The translations under genes were made by a program, and so were the position numbers. A stretch of DNA of 64,000 bases from Candidatus Taylorbacteria bacterium RIFCSPLOWO2_01_FULL_48_100 (GTDB lineage Bacteria > Patescibacteriota > Minisyncoccia > Phycocordibacterales > UBA10002), in NCBI GenBank assembly GCA_001821135.1, contig MHSA01000021.1, forward strand, positions 3,956-67,955, written 5' to 3'. Of the stretch, positions 54,677-62,496 are shown one piece after another. Within the stretch, counting starts at the first letter, position 1, and each line of letters starts with the position of its first letter. A model generated the notes under the pieces. The model did no database searches. It saw only the letters and a list, made by a program, of their open reading frames with translations, and was not told where the DNA came from.

Positions 54677-56674
54677 TTAAATCAAAAATGGTATCAAAAG
54701 CAGCGCGACAATATTTAGTATTTTAATCATTGGGTTAATGGCGGGACCTGCCGTATCTTTGTACGGGTCGCCGACGGTGTCGCCCGTAACCGCGGCTTTG
54801 TGCGCGTCGCTACCCTTGCCGCCATAATTTCCTTTTTCAATATATTTCTTTGCATTGTCCCACGCGCCGCCACCCGAGGTCATTGATATTGCGACGAAGA
54901 GTCCGGTGATGATTGAGCCGACAAGAAGTCCACCGAGTGCGGCTGGTCCCAGAGTGAAACCAACAATAATCGGCGCGGCGACGGGGATGAGCGCGGGGAG
55001 AATCATTTGTTTAATTGCGGCGGCGGTTACTATATCCACACATTTTGCATATTCTGGTTTGCCTGTGCCTTGCATAATTCCAGCAATCTCGCGGAACTGT
55101 CGCCGCACCTCTTCCACCACCTTGCCAGCGGTCTTGCCGACCGCCTCCATCGCAAGCGCGGCGAAGTAGTATGGTAGAAGCCCGCCTATGAATAGACCAA
55201 CAAGTACATTTGGGTCGCCGAGCGCGAACACAACTTCTGCGCCGAGTGAGCGCAAATCCTCCGCGTACGAAGCAAACAATACAAGCGCGGCGAGCCCCGC
55301 CGAGCCGATGGCGTAGCCCTTGGTAACGGCTTTCGTAGTATTACCGACAGCGTCAAGCGCGTCTGTAACTTCACGCACGCTTTCTGGAAGGTTCGCCATT
55401 TCCGCGATGCCTCCAGCATTGTCGGTAATCGGCCCGTACGCATCTATTGCAATAATAATTCCGGCGAGCGATAACATCGCCATTGCCGCAACGGCGATGC
55501 CGTAAAGCCCCGCAAAGTAGTACGCGCCGAGAAGCCCTGCGACAATCACAAGGAGCGGGAGCGCGGTCGCCTTCATAGAAATCGCAAGCCCTTGGATGAT
55601 GTTGGTGCCGTGTCCAGAAAGAGATGCGCGCGCGATGGACTGCACCGGCTTATGTGCTGTACCTGTGTAATATTCGGTAATCACGACTAGTGCGACAGTA
55701 ACGATGAGTCCGATTAGCGCGGAGAAGAAAAGATTAAGCGATGAATAGACGCTGTTCGCGCCCATAATGTAAGAAGTGATTGGGTAGAATACGATGGCGG
55801 ACAAAATGCCGCTGACCGCAAGTCCTTTATACAACGCGCCCATAATGTTTTTGCTTTGCGCGCCAATTCTCATAAACCAAGAACCAATGACGGACGCGAT
55901 AAGCGCGGCTCCGCCGATGGCGAGCGGGTAGAGAATTGCCGCAGAGCTTCCGGGAAAGATTAGCGAGCCGAGGAGAATTGCGGCAACTGAAGTAACCGCA
56001 TATGTCTCAAACAAGTCCGCGGCCATTCCGGCACAGTCGCCCACATTGTCGCCCACATTGTCGGCAATCACCGCAGGGTTGCGCGGGTCGTCTTCTGGAA
56101 TACCCGCTTCCACTTTGCCGACAAGGTCGGCACCGACATCTGCGGCTTTCGTAAATATGCCGCCGCCAAGCCGCGCGAAAACGGAAATGAGCGATGCGCC
56201 GAAGCCGAGCCCGATAAGTGCTTTAATGTCGCCAGTTGCCGCGTAAAAACCGGCGACACCAAGTAGCGCGAGCGCGGCGACGAGAATACCCGTTACCGAG
56301 CCGCCTTTCGCGGCGAGCGCGAGCGCGGGCGCGAGGCCGCCGCGCGCCGCTTCCGCAGTGCGCGCGTTCGCGCGTACCGATACGAACATACCGACATAGC
56401 CGGCGAGCGCTGAGAGGAACGCGCCTACTAGAAATCCTAGCGCGGTTGTCCAGTTAATCGCAAAACCGATAATTACAAAAAGAATTGTGGCGATACCGGC
56501 AATCGTTTTGTATTGGCGGTTGAGGTACGCATTCGCGCCTTCCTTAACCGCGTTGGAAATTTCCTGCATCCGCGCGTTTCCGGGGCTTGCCTTAAGAATG
56601 CGCGTGGTCAAAAACACTGCGTAGATAATGGCGGCAACTGACGAACTGATGGCGAATAAAATGATTGGGTTCAT
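54677..56674 (-). CDS. hppA: Membrane-bound proton-translocating inorganic pyrophosphatase
   Basis: About 665 aa polytopic protein with H+-PPase motifs (…[16 protein letters not shown]…, …DNVGD…). The start was moved to MNPIILF because the track's first 14 codons are a translated R4 repeat. Confidence 0.9.
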   Translation of the reverse strand: MNPIILFAISSSVAAIIYAVFLTTRILKASPGNARMQEISNAVKEGANAYLNRQYKTIAGIATILFVIIGFAINWTTALGFLVGAFLSALAGYVGMFVSVRANARTAEAARGGLAPALALAAKGGSVTGILVAALALLGVAGFYAATGDIKALIGLGFGASLISVFARLGGGIFTKAADVGADLVGKVEAGIPEDDPRNPAVIADNVGDNVGDCAGMAADLFETYAVTSVAAILLGSLIFPGSSAAILYPLAIGGAALIASVIGSWFMRIGAQSKNIMGALYKGLAVSGILSAIVFYPITSYIMGANSVYSSLNLFFSALIGLIVTVALVVITEYYTGTAHKPVQSIARASLSGHGTNIIQGLAISMKATALPLLVIVAGLLGAYYFAGLYGIAVAAMAMLSLAGIIIAIDAYGPITDNAGGIAEMANLPESVREVTDALDAVGNTTKAVTKGYAIGSAGLAALVLFASYAEDLRSLGAEVVFALGDPNVLVGLFIGGLLPYYFAALAMEAVGKTAGKVVEEVRRQFREIAGIMQGTGKPEYAKCVDIVTAAAIKQMILPALIPVAAPIIVGFTLGPAALGGLLVGSIITGLFVAISMTSGGGAWDNAKKYIEKGNYGGKGSDAHKAAVTGDTVGDPYKDTAGPAINPMIKILNIVALLLIPFLI

Positions 56675-56793
56675 CCCGTTAGAAGCAGGTCGCGGTCGCG
56701 GTACCGTTTGCTGCATAATGTTATAACGACCTTACTTTGTTAAATAATTAAACATCTCTACCATTAGTAAGCGACCGCGGCTTCTAACGGGAT
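56675..56793. repeat. R4 TIR-bounded cassette, copy B, abutting the hppA ATG (CCCGTTAGAAGCAGGTCGCGGTCGCGGTAC…GCGACCGCGGCTTCTAACGGGAT)
   Basis: Terminal inverted repeats cccgttagaagc / gcttctaacggg. AT-rich core taatgttataacgaccttactttgttaaataattaaacatctctaccattagtaa. Confidence 0.7.
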
Positions 56794-56825
56794 AAATAAT
56801 ATCGGGATTGTAGCAGAAAAGACAG

Positions 56826-56855
56826 GACGCGCAATGCGTCCCGTTTTTTGTTTTT
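56826..56855. terminator. Intrinsic-terminator-like hairpin just downstream of nusA (ggacgcgcaatgcgtccc + T-run)
   Basis: 7-bp GC stem followed by ttttttgttttttt on the + strand, with an A-run on the opposite side. Confidence 0.45.
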
Positions 56856-58046
56856 TTATTCTGTTTTTGTTTCTGTGGGGACAGGTTCAGCTTTTTCTGT
56901 TTCTGCCGTGGCGGGTGGCGGCTCTGCGGGTTTGTTTAATGATGCAATATCAATTTTCGCGTTCGTGAGGCGGGCGGCGAGGCGCACATTCTGCCCGCCG
57001 CGGCCGATGGCGAGCGACTGCTGGTCGTCGGCGACAATTGCTTTCACATGCCGCGCGGCTTCGTCCAGCACTTCCACAGAAAGAACTTTTGCTGGAGAAA
57101 GCGCTTCGGTTACAAACTTTTTCAGATTTTCGAACCACTGAATGATGTCTATTTTCTCGCCACCGAGTTCCGACATCACAGTTGAGACGCGCACGCCTCG
57201 GCCGCCGACGAGCGACCCAACCGGGTCTATATGCGGGTCGTTGCTCGCGACGGCAATTTTAGCGCGCGAGCCGGGCTCGCGCGCGATGGCTTTAATTTCC
57301 ACCGCGCCTGACGCGACTTCGGGTGTTTCCTGTTTAAACAGTGCTTCAATGAACTTCGGCGCGGCGCGCGAGAGCCGCAGGTGCACGCCGCGCGGCGTGT
57401 CTTCTACGCGCATAAGGTACGCGCGCACGCGCTCGCCCTGTCGGTACCGCTCGCCCGGAATCTGCTCCTCGTATGGGAGAATACCGGTTGCGCGGCCAAT
57501 ATCTATGAAAATCGCGCCGCGCTCAATTCGTTGGACAGTACCCGATACAATCTCGCCCGCGCGCGTGCCGTATTCGCTGAGCACCGACACCTTCTCCGCT
57601 TCGCGGATTTTCTGAATCACGACTTGTTTGGCGGTTTGCGCGGCAATCCTACCGAAGTCGCTCTTGGTTTCCAGTGGGAAAATTATTTCATCTTCCAACT
57701 GCGCGCCTTTCTTAATTTTGCGGGCGTCTTCTATGAAAATATGGTGTTCGGAGTTGTAAAAAATTCGATCGTCGTCTGCAGCGCGTTCAATTTCCTCGCC
57801 ATCTTCGTTTTCAGAGCGCACAATCACCTTCGTATCATCCACAACTTCCTTAACTTGGAAGAATTCCACTGCGCCGCTTACTGCGCTAAACTTCGCGCGC
57901 ACAATTTGGCCTTTCTTGCCGTACTCTTTGCGGTACGCCGTCGCGAGCGCGGATTCAATCGCTTCAATTACTTTCTCGCGCGGTACTCCGCGCGTTTCTT
58001 CAAGTTCTGTAAGTACCGCGTTGATAGTTTTTAAATCAAAAAGCAT
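56856..58046 (-). CDS. nusA: Transcription termination/antitermination factor NusA
   Basis: 396 aa. N-terminal NusA domain, S1 domain and two KH domains (…GGRGVRVSTVMSELGGEKIDII…). Confidence 0.9.
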   Translation of the reverse strand: MLFDLKTINAVLTELEETRGVPREKVIEAIESALATAYRKEYGKKGQIVRAKFSAVSGAVEFFQVKEVVDDTKVIVRSENEDGEEIERAADDDRIFYNSEHHIFIEDARKIKKGAQLEDEIIFPLETKSDFGRIAAQTAKQVVIQKIREAEKVSVLSEYGTRAGEIVSGTVQRIERGAIFIDIGRATGILPYEEQIPGERYRQGERVRAYLMRVEDTPRGVHLRLSRAAPKFIEALFKQETPEVASGAVEIKAIAREPGSRAKIAVASNDPHIDPVGSLVGGRGVRVSTVMSELGGEKIDIIQWFENLKKFVTEALSPAKVLSVEVLDEAARHVKAIVADDQQSLAIGRGGQNVRLAARLTNAKIDIASLNKPAEPPPATAETEKAEPVPTETKTE

Positions 58047-58049
58047 AAA

Positions 58050-58207
58050 GTATATATACTAATCTACTAATGATACGAATTATACGAATGTCTACGAATA
58101 ATATACTAATCTGCGAATGGTACGAATATACGAATGACTACGAATAAAAAATGAATCTTATTGGTAGTCATTTGGAGATTTGGTATGTATTCGTAATATT
58201 GGTATAA
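58050..58207. repeat. R2 palindromic element, extended full copy directly upstream of the nusA start
   Basis: tatatatactaatctactaatgatacgaattatacgaatgtctacgaataatatactaatctgcgaatggtacgaatatacgaatgactacgaataaaaaatgaatcttattggtagtcatttggagatttggtatgtattcgtaatattggtata. Confidence 0.75.
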
Positions 58208-58305
58208 AAATAGCCCGCCTTCGTGGGGCGAACTTCCACCTTAATATACACTATATATAGTATACGCGCAAGCAACAGTTATCAACATTAAGGGTGTATA
58301 CCCTG

Positions 58306-58941
58306 CTAACCCAAGTGCGCGTGATCATTCCATACCCAGAGCCACCATGGCGAAGTATTGTTTTTCTCGTCAAACCCCAGAACGGTCACGCCGGTATTTT
58401 CTGTATGAAATTTCTGAATAAATTGCTCGCATTCTTGCGCGGTCAGTTTTTCACCAAAAACAGCGTATGCGACAATTATCCTCAAAAAGAAACCGTGAGT
58501 AATAACAAGCATGTTTCTCTCTGATTTTTGTTGTAAATATCTTAACGCTTGACTAGCGCGCGTCTTTAAATCATCAAAATTTTCTTCATCGGAGAATCGG
58601 AATCCCGAAACTGTGAAATTCTCCCGAATTGTTTTTTCCGCATCCAGTGCTTTCGGGTCATTTTTCAAGACCCCAATCTGCTCCTTTGGCCTACGACGCT
58701 CTATAAAAAGATCCGAATATTCAGCCGATTTTTTCAATCGCGCCAAAATTATTTTCGCTGTTTCTACTGCGCGCTTCATAGTACTTGAAATAATAGAATC
58801 AATGGAAAGTTTCTCGCAGCGCTCCGCAATAATTTCAGATTGCATCAGTCCTTTTGGCGTCAATGAAGAGTTTTGTCCTTGACGAACAGGACCTGTATTA
58901 CCCTCACTTTCCCCATGTCTAACGAAATAAATCTTTTTCAT
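58306..58941 (-). CDS. Histidine phosphatase superfamily protein (phosphoglycerate-mutase-like)
   Basis: N-terminal RHGESEGN catalytic motif, about 210 aa. Confidence 0.7.
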   Translation of the reverse strand: MKKIYFVRHGESEGNTGPVRQGQNSSLTPKGLMQSEIIAERCEKLSIDSIISSTMKRAVETAKIILARLKKSAEYSDLFIERRRPKEQIGVLKNDPKALDAEKTIRENFTVSGFRFSDEENFDDLKTRASQALRYLQQKSERNMLVITHGFFLRIIVAYAVFGEKLTAQECEQFIQKFHTENTGVTVLGFDEKNNTSPWWLWVWNDHAHLG

Positions 58942-59249
58942 ATTTACATCATATCAAAAACCATCTTTATTCAAAATCTATAAATGTTGACAGATAATCT
59001 ATGTTGGTGTTGTATGGATATGGAAATATCAAACCTCTCCCTACCCCCCAATACGAAGGGTAAGGAAAATGAATTGATGCACAGTTTTTTGACAATAACT
59101 GCACGAGAAGACCAAGAAGAGCGTTAAAAACAGTGCTTTTCTTAATCCTCTCGTGTGAGAGGATTCCTTTAAAAATGAAGTGGCGCTTAACAAGTAGCCC
59201 TTCGTATTTAAAGGTGGGGAGAACAAAAAAACAAATCGAGAGGAAAAAA

Positions 59250-60393
59250 ATGAAAGATCCAATACTTCTGCAATTAACAAGTGAACAATACTCAATTCTT
59301 CACGAAGGATTAAAGTCGGTTGTCCATTACCGCAAATCAGGTTTAAGCGTCAATCATATCATTGGGTGTCCACTGGATTGCGCGTACTGCATTCGTCATC
59401 AAAATAATAATTTTGATATGAAACAGCCGCATCAATTGATGTCTGATGAAGAGGTGGTGAATATGTTGGTACAGCACCGCTATTTCATACCGCACAAGAC
59501 ACCGCTCCAAATCTTCAACAAAGCCACCGACCCATTTTTAGGCGCAGTCCGTCCGCATACTCATTGCATGTTGTCTTTACTAGACAATAGAGGTTTGATG
59601 AACCACATCCTTGTCATTACACGGTATGTGGTTACCGAGGAAGACATGCGAAAACTTAATCAACTTCAACACTTGCGCGTTACTCTCCTTATTACCTTTA
59701 ACGGTCTAAAAGACAGTCGGATTGAGCCGTTGTCAAAAAAGATAACGCTTAAATCAATTGAAGTTGCTTGTCGCCAAAAAGGTCGCACTAAAGTTATACT
59801 ATAATTGGCGTCCGATTGTTCCTGGTTGGAATGATGACGAAGAAACTGTGTGTGGCGTTCTTGAAGCGGCGCGTGGTTGTGATGCGGTCGCATTCACCGG
59901 ATTATTTCACCGCAAAGAACAGCACGAATTCTTTGCAAATATCGGTATCGCGCCACCTTACAGTGAGATACACCGCAGAAAGATACTGCCGCAGGACTTG
60001 GAAAACAACATCTTGAGAATGTATAAAGAGTGCGGACTTACCGTGCCGCTCTTTAGAAAGACATCATGCGCCGTTGCTTTCGCGCACCACGAATCTGATT
60101 ACAACGGTCATTACGGAGTTCCCGATATTTGTGACATCTGTCCGACTGATCAAGTTGCGCGTTGCGCGCAGTCGCACAAAAAACCTTCGGAAGAAGAATT
60201 CGCCGAGCTCCTTCAACGCTACGGCTATGATACTGTGTTTAAGGTTGGCGATGGGCATGTAGAGACAGTTGGTTTGAGTGAAGAACAAAGGTATCACCTG
60301 CAACACACGCTTGGATTTCAGATTTGGGATGTAAAATACCCGCATTTGAAGAACCAACACGGTCGAGCACCCGTCGGCTATACAAAACCATAA
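59250..60393 (+). pseudogene. Radical SAM protein (CxxxCxxC; SplB-like) apparently split by a +/-1 frameshift near 59795
   Basis: ORF 59250-59804 contains GCPLDCAYC (CX3CX2C). ORF 59758-60393 continues in another frame (…KVIL|YYNWRPIVPGW…), contains further Cys motifs (…DICDICPT…), and overlaps the first by 47 nt. Together they are about 380 aa. This is either a frameshifted pseudogene or a sequencing error. Confidence 0.4.
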
Positions 60394-60397
60394 AAGT

Positions 60398-61006
60398 ATG
60401 AGAATACTAACAAGTGAATACACAAAAAAATGGACCGAGTTCGAATATGCCGTTTTGGACCTTGAAGGAACCGGCGCACAGCACAGAGAAAATGAGGGTA
60501 TTGTAGACATTGCCGGAGTTTTGGTTAAAGGCGGAGCAGTAACACATGAAAGTTTTAACCATTTGCTTAATCCGGAAATTTCTATACCATCTTTCATTTC
60601 TAGGATTCACGGAATCACCGACAAAGATGTGCAGAATAAACCGAAACTAGCCGAAGTAAAAAGTGGTATTCTCACATTCTGTGAAGGTCGGATACTTGTT
60701 TCCCATAACGCTCCAGTTGAGCGCAGGGTGTTGCGGTTTCGGTTGCCTGAATACGAACCGCCGATCATCTTTGACACACTGAAAATGTCTCGCACGGCGT
60801 ATCAGGAAGAAAAGAAACACAGTTTAGATGAAATGATCAAACGGCTAAATCTTGAGTCAGTTCTTTCTAGCGCCACGGATTCCAAAAGGCATTCTGCGTT
60901 CTATGATGCGTTGGCTACTGCGCACGCATTTGTAGTGTTGGCGAATCGTTTGGTTGGAAAAGAAGGGGTGTTGCAAGACCTCTTAAAATACAACATACGC
61001 GATTGA
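60398..61006 (+). CDS. DnaQ-like 3'-5' exonuclease (DEDDh family)
   Basis: Exo motif I AVLDLEGTG (DxE). Exo III-like HSAFYDALATAH. Confidence 0.65.
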   Translation: MRILTSEYTKKWTEFEYAVLDLEGTGAQHRENEGIVDIAGVLVKGGAVTHESFNHLLNPEISIPSFISRIHGITDKDVQNKPKLAEVKSGILTFCEGRILVSHNAPVERRVLRFRLPEYEPPIIFDTLKMSRTAYQEEKKHSLDEMIKRLNLESVLSSATDSKRHSAFYDALATAHAFVVLANRLVGKEGVLQDLLKYNIRD

Positions 61007-61150
61007 ATCTTCAACAATACTTACACACAACACCCGAACGGTTCGTTCCACTCGGGTGTTTTTTGTTGTTTGTTGTGCGGTAGTTATCAACAGAGAGCGC
61101 GAACGGCACAGGCGCACATTCCGTATATAATATAGAATGCAGTATGGAGT

Positions 61151-61276
61151 CCCGTTAGAAGCCGCTTCGCTACGGAAACGCTTTATCCAATCATATTATG
61201 TATAAAGCATTATCAACTAATTTATACAGCATAAACGCTTATATAAAAATGCGAAGCGTTTCCTGCTTCTAACGGG
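61151..61276. repeat. R4 TIR-bounded cassette, copy C, abutting the ATG at 61277
   Basis: cccgttagaagccgcttcgctacggaaacgctttatcc…[AT-rich: tataaagcattatcaactaatttatacagcataaacgcttatataaaa]…atgcgaagcgtttcctgcttctaacggg. Confidence 0.7.
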
Positions 61277-61549
61277 ATGGAGCGCGGAACAACAAAAACA
61301 GCGACTGCGGGTGCGGCGGTTTTAGTCGCCGTTGCGCTTGGTGCGTGGCTCGTTTTTGCTTCGCGGGAGAGCGCCGGCTCGCCAGCGCAAAACGGTAACC
61401 GCGCGGAGATTTTGCGGCTCACGGAGCGAGGGCGGCTTTCCGACGGCGAAAAGAAGCGCGTTTTTGAGCTCTTGTCGGGAGAGCAATTTCGCGAGTACGA
61501 GTTTAGCGCGCGCGAGCGCGCGCTGATTCTGAAGGCAATAGGCGGGTAA
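61277..61549 (+). CDS. Small N-terminally anchored protein (90 aa), member of a three-paralog set
   Basis: TM AAVLVAVALGAWLVFA followed by the helical …LSDGEKKRVFELLSGEQFREYEFSARERALILKAIGG. Confidence 0.4.
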   Translation: MERGTTKTATAGAAVLVAVALGAWLVFASRESAGSPAQNGNRAEILRLTERGRLSDGEKKRVFELLSGEQFREYEFSARERALILKAIGG

Positions 61550-61561
61550 TGGAATATGGAT

Positions 61562-61677
61562 CCCGTTAGAAGCCGCGGTCGCTTCTAGTGGTAAGAAAAT
61601 TATCAAAAATATAATAGGTCGTTAAAATAAATTGTTGCAGTGTAGCGGTTCCGCGACCGCGACCTGCTTCTAACGGG
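61562..61677. repeat. R4 TIR-bounded cassette, copy D, abutting the ATG at 61678
   Basis: cccgttagaagccgcggtcgcttctagtgg…[AT-rich]…gcggttccgcgaccgcgacctgcttctaacggg. Confidence 0.7.
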
Positions 61678-62049
61678 ATGGAGCCAAATCAAAATCAGAC
61701 AACGGTACAAGGAGGCGGTGCGAAGAAAACCATAAGCGCGATTATCGTGCTTGCGATTATTGCAGTTGGAGGGTGGTATTTGTATAACAGCGGAGCGTTT
61801 AAGCGCGGTGTTGAAAATGCGCCGGAAATAACCCGCGAACAGTTAGTGGGGGAAGCGCCGCTATCCGCGTCGCTTGAAAGTGCAATAGAGAAGCATAAAG
61901 GCGAGATTCTTGAGCGCATTGGGACGGGCGTGCCGCTTTCGGAAGATGAACGCGAAGCGTTGGGAAAGACAATGTTGATGGAAGCGCATCTCTACAACTT
62001 CACGGATGCGGAGACCAACGCTATTTTTGAGGCGTTGAAGGTGCAGTAA
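61678..62049 (+). CDS. Small N-terminally anchored protein (123 aa), paralog
   Basis: TM ISAIIVLAIIAVGGWYLY. C-terminal …VPLSEDEREALGKTMLMEAHLYNFTDAETNAIFEALK. Confidence 0.4.
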   Translation: MEPNQNQTTVQGGGAKKTISAIIVLAIIAVGGWYLYNSGAFKRGVENAPEITREQLVGEAPLSASLESAIEKHKGEILERIGTGVPLSEDEREALGKTMLMEAHLYNFTDAETNAIFEALKVQ

Positions 62050-62052
62050 TGT

Positions 62053-62496
62053 ATGAAGCCGACCACAAGCAGAAAAACAATCATTATTGAAATCGTTGCA
62101 CTTGTTGTGCTCGCTTTGTTTTTATTTGTGTCGGTACAGCGCGGCTCGCCGCCAAATGGCGAAGCGGATATAGCAGCTCCGCAGTTTACTGCTCCTATGT
62201 ATGCAGACAATGAATCGCCAAACGCGCTCATTCGCCCACTATACCTTGATGTTTTAGTTGGGGGACTTGCCGGTTTGACAGCAGAGAAAAAACAAAACAT
62301 CGCTGATTTCAAGCAAAAAATACTTACGCGCATCGCTTCTCGCGAGCCGCTGAGCGAATCGGAAAAGAGCGTGCTTCAGATAAGTATTTCAACTGCGGAA
62401 AAACCGCCTATGGGGGCGATTGTCGTTGCCGACCAGACCGTATTTAATTTTACTTCCGAAGAATTAGCGCGGATTGAATCAGCGATTAAAAAATGA
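62053..62496 (+). CDS. Small N-terminally anchored protein (147 aa), paralog
   Basis: TM IIIEIVALVVLALFLFVSV. C-terminal …PLSESEKSVLQISISTAEKPPMGAIVVADQTVFNFTSEELARIESAIKK. Confidence 0.4.
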   Translation: MKPTTSRKTIIIEIVALVVLALFLFVSVQRGSPPNGEADIAAPQFTAPMYADNESPNALIRPLYLDVLVGGLAGLTAEKKQNIADFKQKILTRIASREPLSESEKSVLQISISTAEKPPMGAIVVADQTVFNFTSEELARIESAIKK

